A stretch of 64,000 nt of DNA from an uncultured Verrucomicrobiae bacterium. GTDB lineage: Bacteria; Chlamydiota; Chlamydiia; Chlamydiales; Rhabdochlamydiaceae. The stretch spans positions 704,001 through 768,000 of the forward strand of contig CAVSUE010000001.1 of the NCBI GenBank assembly GCA_963731265.1, written 5' to 3'. Shown here in pieces: positions 28,536-38,151 of the stretch. A model generated the notes under the pieces. That model searched no databases. It had not been told where the DNA came from and saw only the letters and a program-made list of their open reading frames with translations. Every line of letters starts with the position of its first letter. Position 1 is the first letter of the stretch. Both the position numbers and the translations under genes were made by a program.

Positions 28536-30125
28536 CTATTTTTCTAAGTGATAGACTTCTTTGAGAAGAGTTAGATAGTCATCAAAAGAGCCTAATCCCA
28601 TTGCCTTTCTACGATTGTCTAAATTATCAGGATCTTCTACTTTCCTTCGATGACTTGAACTTGTGTGCCATAAACTTGTGGTTTTCCTTCATTTACCAAT
28701 ACACGATCCATCAGATACGCCAAATGCCTTTTCGAAGCATCTCCTTTAACAACAGATTCTTTTAGCAATTGTAAACACGTTTTCTGAAATTCTATTTCTT
28801 GAACAATGCTGAACTAGCAACCACATCTTGTCAGCACCTTCTGCTCCTACAGTCCGAAATCCTGGCCATCCGAATTGCTCAACAATAGCTTTCAGGCGAG
28901 GAAGATTTCCTTGATCAATTTTTTCTATCATCTTTCCAGGTTCTTCGGAAGCTAGATTTCCCGCATTTATCTCCTTAAATCTTGCTTCTTGATCCTTCTC
29001 ATCCATCAACGTTAATTCATTGAGCAAAGTAGGATTATAAGTCGACTCTCCAACTCTCTGGGCTTCAAGATAAGCTTTATAGAAACTGAGCGCATAAGAT
29101 TTAACCTCAGATTTAGGGGCTGTATTCAGATCAACAACAATTCCCTCTCCCAAGTAATCTTGAAGTGACTTGAGAGCTGGAGAATATAACTCGGTATCCA
29201 AAGCCGCAATGCGTGATTCAATAGGCAATGCTATTTCCTCTGACGTTTCAGAAAATCGAAACCAGATTGCAGCTGTTAATAAACAGACTTTTGCCTTTTC
29301 TTCCTTTAAGATCTTACACTCTTTTTCCGAAGGCTTTCTTCCAAAATAGGCTTCTAAAAATACTTCCTCTTGGAGAAGAGATAAATTAGAAAGTAAACAA
29401 AAAAAGCTTAAATCAAAAAAAGGATCTTCTAATGTTGCAGTCGTCCAATCAATAATATTGATATCTCCAGAAGAATCATCAATTAAAATATTAGATGGAT
29501 TTAGATCTCCATGAGAAGGAACAAGCGAACGTGGAGAAGACTTGTTCACTACATTCTGAACTTCTTGATCGAAACCTGTGGGATAAGCAACACCAGCTTT
29601 GATAGCCTTTTGATAATGTAGATTTATTCGGTCTTTTAGAGAATATCTCGTCGGATACGAATCGGAATAATTATGTAGTTTTCTAACCAGTATCCCAACT
29701 TGCGATAGCTGATTGTCGTTTGGGTAATGTAGTGGCCGTCCTTGGATAAACGGCATGACCATTAAGACGGCATCTCGATCTGAAAAAACACATCCAGGAG
29801 CAACCCCAAGTTTGTTTCCAATCTTCAGAGCTTCTATTTCGTTTTTCCTCATTTCTTTTGAATGACTTGGTGCTAAAGCTAAAAAACGAAGGACATATTT
29901 TTTTCCTTCAAACTCAAAAGCGTACACTTTAGCTCGCGTCAATCCCCCTTCTAGCGATTGAAATTGAGTGTCTTCATTCCAGTTAAGAAAGGAACTTGCT
30001 TCCTGTAGAGCTTTTATCTGTTCAGATTGGGATGCCTTTAAAAGATCCGAATAGGAGTAATTCTCACCCTGAAGAGAAGTGTAAGTTAATACGAGGAATA
30101 ATAGATAATTTAAATGCTTAATCAT
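28536..30125 (-). pseudogene. Choline/aminoglycoside-type phosphotransferase fused to a DUF6624-like domain; C-terminus frameshifted
   Basis: LEGGLT, HGDLNPSNIL, IIDW kinase motifs. C-terminal FGWPG..VG, WLLVQH continues in other frames as AYLMDRVLVNEGKPQVYGTQ and EDPDNLDNRRKAMGL to a TAG at 28536. Confidence 0.75.
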
Positions 30126-30283
30126 AAGTGTTAATGAAAATTTAAAAGACCGATTTTACCATTTATTTATATTCAATGCAATATCTTCTCAGGTCCGAAA
30201 ATCATGATCAGTCAACGGTTTAGCTTAAAGATTCGACTTGGTTATGACTTTCGTGTGTAAAACCCTTCAATATTAGGGGATAT

Positions 30284-30625
30284 ATGAAGACTCCAGAGAC
30301 AGAACTTTTTGAAATAGCAGAAAGCCATATGACTGTCCCTTTTGGATTCAGAAGAATGGCAAAAATTCCGGAGATTTTAGTTTTGCGTAGAGTGAAGCTT
30401 CAAGCCGATGAGATTGTGATGAAGGAAGGCTATAAAATTACAACCCCATTACGAACCTTAATTGATCTCGTAAGATGGTGTGTTAGCCGAGGATTTACTA
30501 GTGTAGGCTTTCAAGGATCTAAGAAAAAAGGACTTATAACAAAACATGCCATTGAAATCAATCAAAGATGTCCTGCTGAAGTCATTGCAAAACTCCTCAA
30601 AATGATGCAAGAAGCACATGGGTAA
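30284..30625 (+). pseudogene. AbiEi-like type IV antitoxin remnant
   Basis: LFEIAES joined directly to HMTVP..FRR...KITTPLRTLIDL, suggesting an internal deletion. Confidence 0.6.
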
Positions 30626-30740
30626 AACATTTAAGACCGCAACAACTTTTCGGAAAAGTCTCGAGAGCAGACTGAGGAAAATCTCTCAAGAAACCAATTT
30701 AGATCTTCAACTTTTTAAGAAGAAAGGTTGCCTTTGAAAT
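30618..30740 (+). pseudogene. AbiEii-like nucleotidyltransferase toxin, truncated N-terminus
   Basis: MGKTFKTATTFRKSLESRLRKISQETNLDLQ, then frameshifted RRKVAFE; overlaps the antitoxin stop. Confidence 0.55.
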
Positions 30741-31171
30741 TTACAGAAAGCCATTCACAGTCCTTAACGCCATAGCTAAGGGCTCCTGAAAAAGAGGCAA
30801 GATATCGATTGACTGTGGCTTGGCTACGCTGAGTTCCTTTGGGGGAAACCATATAAGAGCTCTTGACGTTGTTTTTTGATCAAATCGGAGTTGATGTGAT
30901 TCAGAGTGTATTTTCCGATCTTGGCTTTCCACCAGTTGAGATGCCGAAGAATTGGAGTGGTTCTGCATACAGATCGATTAACTCAGCCACTGTATGCTTT
31001 TTCTTGAGTTTCTCCGGAAAATAAATTCCTTGTTGTCGTTGGGCCTCTTCTTGAATCGCCCAGTCTTTGGCTTCTTCATAGGTAGGCCATGTTAAAACCG
31101 TCATTCCGTCTGATCATGACCCGGTAACTTATAGTGCGGTTTTTGTTTTTTCGTTTTTGTATCGTAGCCAT
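30741..31171 (-). pseudogene. Tyrosine integrase N-terminal remnant
   Basis: MATIQKRKNKNRTISYRVMIRRNDG, frameshift, TWPTYEEAKDWA...KKHTVAELIDLY; parallels the N-terminus of 46453..47553 and sits just downstream of a tRNA fragment. Confidence 0.75.
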
Positions 31172-31322
31172 CTTTAATCTCCTATTGGTTTTAAAGAAGA
31201 TCTAAGGAGATGAGCTGTTACGTATAGAAGGTCACTATGCGGCCAGCGTGCCACAAGGCACAAAGTTAAGTTAATAATTGACTTAACTTGGCGTGTAACC
31301 GCTTATAGTGTAAGCGTTTAGA

Positions 31323-31374
31323 AATGTGGGGCAACCTGGACTTGAACCAGGGACCAGCGGGTTATGAGTCCGCT
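31323..31374 (-). repeat. tRNA 3'-half duplicate (att site)
   Basis: AATGTGGGGCAAccTGGACTTGAACCaGgGACCAGCGGGTTATGAGTCCGCT versus 47873-47924; differences confined to compensatory T-stem pairs. Confidence 0.92.
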
Positions 31375-31599
31375 TCCTTATGTAACTCTGAACAGACTAG
31401 AGTTAACCAGAACCGCATTTTCCTCTCAAGAAAATCACGACCGCGTTCAGGTCGATTCCTGAAAATTCCTTTAATTTCCAGTCATTTGCGTAAAAAATGC
31501 GGAAAAATTTCATGGCAAGAAGCTCTCTCTCTGTTTCAGAGTTAAGCAATAAAGTTGACAAAAAAAATACACAGGCACATCCTTTGAAATTTAAAGATT

Positions 31600-32358
31600 A
31601 TGTTAGGAGACTATGTGCTTAGACTAGTGCTGGTTGTGCTGTTGTTGGGGCTGGGATCACTCTGTTTTTCTTCAGATGGCCGACATAATCTCAAAGAATG
31701 GCAGTCTGAAAGTCTAAATCATCTTGGTTATGGGTACGACAATCTCTTGGCGCATGATCCATGCGGTGCATTGGAAGAATTTCAAAAAGCTAACTCTCTA
31801 TTGGATCGTTCTGATAATTCTGCATCTGTAATCAGTTTTTTGATCTCTTTTGGACAATCGATTGCCTACGATGCTTTGGGATTCTCGGAACATTGCACAC
31901 AAGCGGTTGGATCCATGTTTTTTGCTATGAATAGTTATGATGAAGATGTGTCAGAGGTTGAGTTGGAGACGGATGGCTTGCCTGAATATGATTCATCGAT
32001 TGGGTTTTTACGCGACTTAATTACAATTGCACCTTCCTATGAAGCTCAAGAACTCTTAACTTCTCTTGTGGACGAAATTGAGGAACAGTTGCTTCCAGAT
32101 TTCAAATTTGCGAAACAGCCTGTTTTAGGAAGTGCAGATTATATTTTTGATTGTAAAACAAATGATTTTACTTCTTTTCAGTGTAAATCATTTTGGAAAA
32201 AATTTACAAAATGGGCTAATAGAGTGCTTGAATTTCTTCATCTTGCAGAAAAGGCAAGTGATCATGCAAAGAATATTAAAAAGAATATCGATGAAATAAG
32301 AAATTCGAATCAATATCAAGACCCTCATTATGTAAATCCCAACATGAGAGTACGCTAA
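31600..32358 (+). CDS. Hypothetical exported protein
   Basis: 252 aa ORF with signal-like N-terminus; stop overlaps the next start (TAATG). Confidence 0.65.
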   Translation: MLGDYVLRLVLVVLLLGLGSLCFSSDGRHNLKEWQSESLNHLGYGYDNLLAHDPCGALEEFQKANSLLDRSDNSASVISFLISFGQSIAYDALGFSEHCTQAVGSMFFAMNSYDEDVSEVELETDGLPEYDSSIGFLRDLITIAPSYEAQELLTSLVDEIEEQLLPDFKFAKQPVLGSADYIFDCKTNDFTSFQCKSFWKKFTKWANRVLEFLHLAEKASDHAKNIKKNIDEIRNSNQYQDPHYVNPNMRVR

Positions 32359-33110
32359 TGTATATTATGAAAAGTGCTTTAACAATTCTTCTATTAGCTC
32401 CGTTCATAGTTAGTGCAAATTGCTTTGGTGGCTCAAATTCATCTGTTAACAGCAAATACCCCAATCATTTCTACATAGGACCTGAAGCTTTTGCGTTTGA
32501 TTTGCACACTCATGTCAAAGATATCAAAATTCACGGTGTGCGGTATTTTGTAGGGCCGACGCTGAGGTACGAATACCTCAAGCCTAAAGCTCTTTATGCA
32601 GGGGTGGATTTTCTCGCATCATGGGGAAATAAGACATTCAAACGCACGTCGCAAAAATATGAATTTCATGGCAATGGAAGGGTTGGATTTGGCAACCTAG
32701 AGCTACGCTTAGGATATACTTTCGAACAAAAAGAGGGTTTGGTATCGCCTTATTTGGGTATAGGATTTTATGGGTTTGGTAGCAGTGGTGCGAATGAAAC
32801 GCTCGCATATGTTACTGCTGGGATGCGTTCCTTGTTTGATCTGAATGAATCATTCAGTATGGGGCTGAATCTCAAACTGTTGTTCGCTCCAAGTGCTGAA
32901 CGAAAATTCAAATATCACTATGAAGGTCATAAGAAAAGACTTCATGAATATGAGAATATGTGGGGAGGAGAAATAGGAGTTCCTCTAGTTTGGTATTTCA
33001 GTGCGTCTAAGCGTTGGCAAGTTCAATTGGAACCCTATTTTCTCAAGCTCGACTTTACAGAGACTCAAAATATCTACGGAGCCCGCCTCCTTTTGGGATA
33101 TCGTTTCTAG
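32358..33110 (+). CDS. Outer membrane beta-barrel protein
   Basis: Signal peptide; YEYLKPKALYAGVD, ELRLGYTF, WQVQLEPY, C-terminal LGYRF; homologous to 13541..14179. Confidence 0.72.
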   Translation: MYIMKSALTILLLAPFIVSANCFGGSNSSVNSKYPNHFYIGPEAFAFDLHTHVKDIKIHGVRYFVGPTLRYEYLKPKALYAGVDFLASWGNKTFKRTSQKYEFHGNGRVGFGNLELRLGYTFEQKEGLVSPYLGIGFYGFGSSGANETLAYVTAGMRSLFDLNESFSMGLNLKLLFAPSAERKFKYHYEGHKKRLHEYENMWGGEIGVPLVWYFSASKRWQVQLEPYFLKLDFTETQNIYGARLLLGYRF

Positions 33111-33166
33111 GCCAAGCTGCTTTAGCCCTAATTGCGGCTAAATCTAAGTTGGGGAGAAGTATAAGG

Positions 33167-34162
33167 TTACGCTATCTTGTTTGTGATCAAAAAGCCTTCA
33201 TAGCCTCCCTCGAGGGAATATGCTGAGATGTTTCGTTCCTTCAATCGCTTGACAGCTGCAGCGCTTCGAATGCCTGTTTGGCAATAGAGAACCATTGTTT
33301 GGTTTTTAGGAATATTATCGATAGAGGTGATGGAAATTCCTTCGATATTTCCTTTGACTCTTTCTTCAGGTCGGCGAAGATCGACCAAAATAAAATCTCG
33401 CCCTTCTTTCATCCATTGCAATAGTTCGGTCACCGAAAGAGTATCCTTCGTTATTGGGGTACTGTATGTGAGAACCTGGGTGCGCCAAGTAAGCGCATCA
33501 ATGCGAATCCATTTCCCCGGTAGATTAGCCCCTATACCTCCCAGCCATTGGAGGGCTTGAAGGGCTTGCATTGTTCCTAGGACCCCAGGCAATGGACCGA
33601 GGACTCCCTCCGCAGAACAAGAAGTCGCCATAGTATCCGACAAACCAGGAAATAGATCTGCGTATCGGGATTGGCTGAAAAAAATCACCTGGCCTGTGAA
33701 TCGTTCAAGAGAGGCATGAATCCACGGTTTTTGTAATTCGTAGCAGACAGTATCGATTGTCAGTCGTGAAGAGAATCGGTCCGTAGCGTCGAGGATGAGA
33801 TCATAGCTACGAATCAGGTCGAATCCATTCTCCTCATCGAGGAAAAAAGGACAAGAAATGAATTCTGTATGTGGGTTCAAAAGGGCGAGTTTTTGGATGG
33901 CCACGTCGACTTTAAGAGCGCCTATATCTGCCTCAGTATAGAGTGGTTGCCGATGTAGGTTCGAGCGCTCGACCCTGTCTCTATCAACAATTCCAATTTT
34001 CCCAATGCCGCCGCTTACAAGGTAAGGAAGTGCAGCGCAGCCAAGAGCTCCTGCTCCAATGACAAGAACGGAGCTCTTTTTCACTTTTTCTTGGGCTTCC
34101 CACCCCCATTCGCACAGGGCAACTTGTTTCACATATCGTTCTTGTTCATTTAGAGTAAACAT
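33167..34162 (-). CDS. thiF: ThiF/MoeB adenylyltransferase with C-terminal rhodanese domain
   Basis: VIGAGALG, DRVERSNLHRQ, DATD; C-terminal YCQTGIRS...LEGG. Confidence 0.9.
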   Translation of the reverse strand: MFTLNEQERYVKQVALCEWGWEAQEKVKKSSVLVIGAGALGCAALPYLVSGGIGKIGIVDRDRVERSNLHRQPLYTEADIGALKVDVAIQKLALLNPHTEFISCPFFLDEENGFDLIRSYDLILDATDRFSSRLTIDTVCYELQKPWIHASLERFTGQVIFFSQSRYADLFPGLSDTMATSCSAEGVLGPLPGVLGTMQALQALQWLGGIGANLPGKWIRIDALTWRTQVLTYSTPITKDTLSVTELLQWMKEGRDFILVDLRRPEERVKGNIEGISITSIDNIPKNQTMVLYCQTGIRSAAAVKRLKERNISAYSLEGGYEGFLITNKIA

Positions 34163-34772
34163 TCTGCATCCTTTGTTTAATCATTTTGGCGGCTTTTTCG
34201 GGGTCAGGCGCTGAGCAAATGGCCGCGGAAACAGCGATGCCGGCGATTGGGGCCGATAGAACAGAAGCGACATTTTCTTCATCGATTCCGCCGATGGCAA
34301 AGAGAGGAAGAGGAGAACAAGTGGCGATGTCGACAAGTTTTTCGATTCCGAGTGGCGGTGTTTTTTTTTCTTTCGTCGACGTAGGAAAAATGTGGCCGAT
34401 GCAAGCGTAATTAGCACCACCATATAAGGCTTTTTCAATGGCTTCCAGTATCGGTGTTGTCGCACCCAGGATTTTTCCTTTCGGTAAAAAAGAGCGAACA
34501 ATCGAAAGAGGAATGTCGGTTTGTCCGATGTGGACCCCATCTGCATCGAGATGGAGTGCAAGATCGAATCGATCATTGAGAATAAAAGAAATACCGTGCT
34601 TTCGGCAGAGGAAGCGGATCTTTTTTGCGATACTGAGAACTTCTTCAGTGTAGGGTTCCTTATGCCGGAACTGGATCCAATCAACCCCACCTTTAATCGC
34701 CTTGCGCGCAATGACTTTAAGTTGAGGCAAAGGCGCTAAGTGGGTGCTAAGAATGAGATAGAGCGTTGGCAT
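34146..34772 (-). CDS. thiE: Thiamine-phosphate synthase
   Basis: IQFRHK, ILNDR, DGVHIGQTD, IFPTSTK, AIGGI, AVSAAI. Confidence 0.88.
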   Translation of the reverse strand: MPTLYLILSTHLAPLPQLKVIARKAIKGGVDWIQFRHKEPYTEEVLSIAKKIRFLCRKHGISFILNDRFDLALHLDADGVHIGQTDIPLSIVRSFLPKGKILGATTPILEAIEKALYGGANYACIGHIFPTSTKEKKTPPLGIEKLVDIATCSPLPLFAIGGIDEENVASVLSAPIAGIAVSAAICSAPDPEKAAKMIKQRMQNVYSK

Positions 34773-35340
34773 TGGCCAATATTCCTGTTTCGATGTTTTT
34801 GTCATTCCAATAACAGCGGATGCCGGCAATTCCTTTTGCACCTGTCTGGATACAAGCGGGGATTTTGGTGGGGTCAATCCCTCCCAGAGCAATTACAGGA
34901 ATTTTTACACTGGATGCGATCACGCGCAGTTTTTCGATTCCTTGCGAAATTTTAGAAGGGGTTGCAAAAACGGGGCCGAAAAGGAGGTAATCAGCGCCTT
35001 TAGCTTCTTTTTCGAGAGCTGTTTCAAGCGAATGGACACTGCACCCAACGAGCAAAGAAGGATTGAGTTGTTTTACGACTGATGGAGATAAGCCTCTTTC
35101 AGGAAGATGCACGCCTGTAGCTTTCGCGGCGATCGCGATGTCGATGCGGTCATTGACTAATAAAACGACATGATAAGCCAGTGCAACTGGCACTAGACGT
35201 GATGTCAGTTCGAAGAGATCACTGGCTTCCATGGTTTTCTCTCGGATTTGGATGGCGTTTACACCTGCTTCGCAGGCTCTTTTTAGTTTTTCAAAGAGAT
35301 CTTCTCTCGCATTCCCTTCTGTGATCAACATTTGCCGCAT
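34747..35340 (-). CDS. ThiE-like protein, probably thiazole tautomerase TenI-like
   Basis: IQIREK, NDR, GVHLPE (rather than GVHxGQxD), GCSVHS, FGPVFATPSK. Confidence 0.7.
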   Translation of the reverse strand: MRQMLITEGNAREDLFEKLKRACEAGVNAIQIREKTMEASDLFELTSRLVPVALAYHVVLLVNDRIDIAIAAKATGVHLPERGLSPSVVKQLNPSLLVGCSVHSLETALEKEAKGADYLLFGPVFATPSKISQGIEKLRVIASSVKIPVIALGGIDPTKIPACIQTGAKGIAGIRCYWNDKNIETGILANANALSHS

Positions 35341-36134
35341 TGGATCCTCCCAATTTTAGGACTTGAAGCGACGGCGTAATGACTTTTGGGCATTCTTCCT
35401 GCGAGAAAAGCTTTTCGACCTGCTTGACATCCTTCTTTCATGGCGTGGGCCATCAGGACTGGATGCTGAGATTTGGCAATCGCCCTATTGAGTAGAATCG
35501 CATCAGCACCGAGTTCCATAGCGATGGCGGCGTCAGATGCTGTTCCGATCCCTGCGTCGATAATGAGTGGAATATGTATCTGTTCGCGAATCAATTCGAG
35601 GTGATAGGGGTTATTGATGCCCCTTCCCGTGCCAATCAGTGAACCAAATGGCATCACAGCTGCACAACCGATATCCTGTAATTTCTGACAGACAATCAAG
35701 TCATCGCTGCAAAAGGGAAAGACAGAAAAGCCATCCCGAACGAGCTGACGCGCTGCTTTGAGAAGTTCTTCGTTATTCGGAAAACAAGTCCTTTCATCGC
35801 CAATCACTTCTAATTTCACCCAATTTGTTTGAAGGGCCTCTCGAGCTAGGTGAGCGGTGAGAACTGCCTCATAAGCAGTAAAGCAACCGGCGGTATTCGG
35901 AAGGATAGCAAGATCGAGCTCTTCGATCAGACTGAGCAAGTGACAATCGTTTCGTTGCTCGAAATCGATGCGCCGTATAGCAAGTGTGACGATCTCAGTT
36001 CCGCTGGCTCGGATAGCCCGTTCACAGGTTGCGAAGTCGGGAAAATGGGAAGTTCCCATTCCAAGTCTAGAAGAAAAAGTACGCCCCTCAAGAACAAAAG
36101 AATCTTGGGATGCTTCAACCTCCTGCGACAGCAT
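35325..36134 (-). CDS. thiG: Thiazole synthase
   Basis: LPNTAGC, WVKLEVI, AVMP, IDAGIG.ASDA..AMELGAD. Confidence 0.96.
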   Translation of the reverse strand: MLSQEVEASQDSFVLEGRTFSSRLGMGTSHFPDFATCERAIRASGTEIVTLAIRRIDFEQRNDCHLLSLIEELDLAILPNTAGCFTAYEAVLTAHLAREALQTNWVKLEVIGDERTCFPNNEELLKAARQLVRDGFSVFPFCSDDLIVCQKLQDIGCAAVMPFGSLIGTGRGINNPYHLELIREQIHIPLIIDAGIGTASDAAIAMELGADAILLNRAIAKSQHPVLMAHAMKEGCQAGRKAFLAGRMPKSHYAVASSPKIGRIQCGKC

Positions 36135-36321
36135 GGATCACCTCCACTTCGTCTTGTGACTCTAAACGACAATCTTCCCAGCTTGTTCGGGGCACGATGC
36201 TTCCATTGCGCGCCACAGCGACGCCACGTGTTTCTACGGTGATCTGGCGGTTGCGCAAGAACTCAGCTAAAGTTTGTGACTGAGGAAGCGTCGCACAGCG
36301 ACCGTTTAGTTTGATGTCCAT
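36115..36321 (-). CDS. thiS: Sulfur carrier protein
   Basis: 68 aa; VAVARNG, C-terminal AVAGG. Confidence 0.95.
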   Translation of the reverse strand: MDIKLNGRCATLPQSQTLAEFLRNRQITVETRGVAVARNGSIVPRTSWEDCRLESQDEVEVIHAVAGG

Positions 36322-36338
36322 AAAAACCCTCCAAAAAA

Positions 36339-37400
36339 TTATGTCAACTGATAAGCAGTATAGGGTGCGAATAAAATTCCTCCTCGACCATGACCGATAG
36401 CAAAATGGAAACCTTGAATAGAGCTTTCCTTTATGATGGGTAGATCAAACTTGGTTACTGGTCGACTGGCCGACTCTAAGGCATCAAAAGAAAACTCTTC
36501 GATCGCAGGGAAAACTTCCCAAGCACTTTGCAAAAGCTGCAAAGCTGCGCCGCAAGATAGTGTTTGATCGAACCCCTTTTCCTCGCTAGTTGCTCCGATC
36601 CGGATTGTCTCATCACTTTTTTGAACGAGATAGACGCGTGGTGTGCGGATCATGTGGGAGAGTCGATATTGGCCTTGGTTTCGTGCTGAAATGATTTGCC
36701 CCTTTACAGGGCGGATCTCTTTGCATTCGGGAAAGGAGAAGCGACAGCTCCACGCTCCAGTGGCTAAAACCCCTGCTTCAGATGCAATTTCTTCGCCAGT
36801 TCCTAGCTTTACTCCTCTGAAACGATCCTCTCGGTGGAGGATTTCAGTGACCTCTGTTTCTTCTTTGAGAATACCGCCTTGAGAAACAAATGCCTTCTGC
36901 AAGGCAATGAGCAGGTTTCTGTGATGAATATGCTTTTCTGTTGGCAACAAGATGCCATCTCCTACCCTAGGAGAAAGAAGAGGTTCTCGGAAGCGGATTT
37001 CTTCTTCGGTAAGCCATTGAAGGGGAAGCCCTTGTTTTTCCTTAAAAGTATAGATCCACTGCAGCCAAGCTCGATCGCTTTGGTTAAGAGCTACAAAGAG
37101 AGTCCCCTTGCCTTCCAATGCAAGTCTCGTACCGGAATCCTCTTCCAATTCTTGCAAAAAACGGGGATAGAAGGACAAAGCCTGTTCTCCAAGGGAAAGT
37201 TTATCTTTATCTTCAAATCCTGCTTCGGAAAAGGGGGCAAGCATGCCAGCTGCCATCCAGCTTGTTTGACGGCCTGCTTTTTCTTTTTCCAAGATGATCA
37301 CATTGATTTTCTTACGTGCGAGTTGCCATCCGATACTCAGACCGATAATTCCGCCGCCGATGATTAATATGGGATTAGAAGATGTGCCTGACAGGACCAT
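36339..37400 (-). CDS. thiO: Glycine oxidase
   Basis: IIGGGIIG, AAGMLAP, PVKGQ, GATSEE.GFD, GHGRGGIL; start set at ATG 37400. Confidence 0.9.
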   Translation of the reverse strand: MVLSGTSSNPILIIGGGIIGLSIGWQLARKKINVIILEKEKAGRQTSWMAAGMLAPFSEAGFEDKDKLSLGEQALSFYPRFLQELEEDSGTRLALEGKGTLFVALNQSDRAWLQWIYTFKEKQGLPLQWLTEEEIRFREPLLSPRVGDGILLPTEKHIHHRNLLIALQKAFVSQGGILKEETEVTEILHREDRFRGVKLGTGEEIASEAGVLATGAWSCRFSFPECKEIRPVKGQIISARNQGQYRLSHMIRTPRVYLVQKSDETIRIGATSEEKGFDQTLSCGAALQLLQSAWEVFPAIEEFSFDALESASRPVTKFDLPIIKESSIQGFHFAIGHGRGGILFAPYTAYQLT

Positions 37401-38151
37401 ATCCTCCTCTCCCGATTGTGTTCTCTTTCCTTGTATCAAGGCAGCGATGAAGATAGGCTTTTGCCTTACGCACTGCCTCTTCAATAGCTTCTCCGTTTGC
37501 TAAGAATGCTGCGATGGCAGACGAAAAGACACACCCTGTTCCATGGGTATTACGCGTTGCGACTGCCGGGGCCTCGAACCAAATGGATTTCTCATGCATC
37601 ATCAGACAATCGGTTCCTTGGTTTTCATAAAGATGACCTCCTTTTACAAGGACTGCTTGGGATCCAAAATCCAAAAGTTGGCGTGCTCCATTTTCCATCT
37701 CCTCAATCGATTTGATCTGTCGACCGAGCAAAATTGAGGCTTCCGGAAGGTTTGGAGTGACAATCGTAGTGAAGGAAAAAAGTTTTTTCATCGCTTTCAA
37801 ACCTTCTGGTTTGAGTAGAATGCTTCCATCTTTTGCTGCCATTACAGGGTCGACTACGATAGGAAGATTGCGCGGCAATTTTTCGATTATCGTCTCTATG
37901 ATCGAAACATCCCAAAGCATGCCGATTTTCACAGCATGGATCGGGAAATCAGAAAAAACTGCTTCGAGCTGCTTGCAGATCATCTCCTGGGAAATAGGTT
38001 CTACTCTGAGCACTCCAGTCGTGTTTTGCGCTGTGATCGCCACGATGGCGCATGTTCCATAACAGTCCAGAGCGGCAAATGTTTTTAAATCGGCCTGGAT
38101 CCCGGCCCCGGCGCCGCTGTCTGATCCACCGATTGTCAATACACACTTCAT
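37375..38151 (-). CDS. thiD: HMP/HMP-P kinase
   Basis: TIGGSDSGAGAGIQADLKTF, VKIGML, DPVM, TPNLPEA, KGGH, THGTGC. Confidence 0.96.
   Translation of the reverse strand: MKCVLTIGGSDSGAGAGIQADLKTFAALDCYGTCAIVAITAQNTTGVLRVEPISQEMICKQLEAVFSDFPIHAVKIGMLWDVSIIETIIEKLPRNLPIVVDPVMAAKDGSILLKPEGLKAMKKLFSFTTIVTPNLPEASILLGRQIKSIEEMENGARQLLDFGSQAVLVKGGHLYENQGTDCLMMHEKSIWFEAPAVATRNTHGTGCVFSSAIAAFLANGEAIEEAVRKAKAYLHRCLDTRKENTIGRGGYGPVRHIF

Larger units (their letters stand above)
28401..31374 (-). mobile_element. Decayed older integrative element at the same tRNA site
   Basis: Bounded by two tRNA fragments; contains integrase, AbiE and kinase pseudogenes. Confidence 0.6.

Noticed and set aside
28025..28547. 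Short ORFs, including a basic MAKGAIQARKKK... peptide on the minus strand
   Set aside because: No recognisable family; they lie in a decayed junction region.
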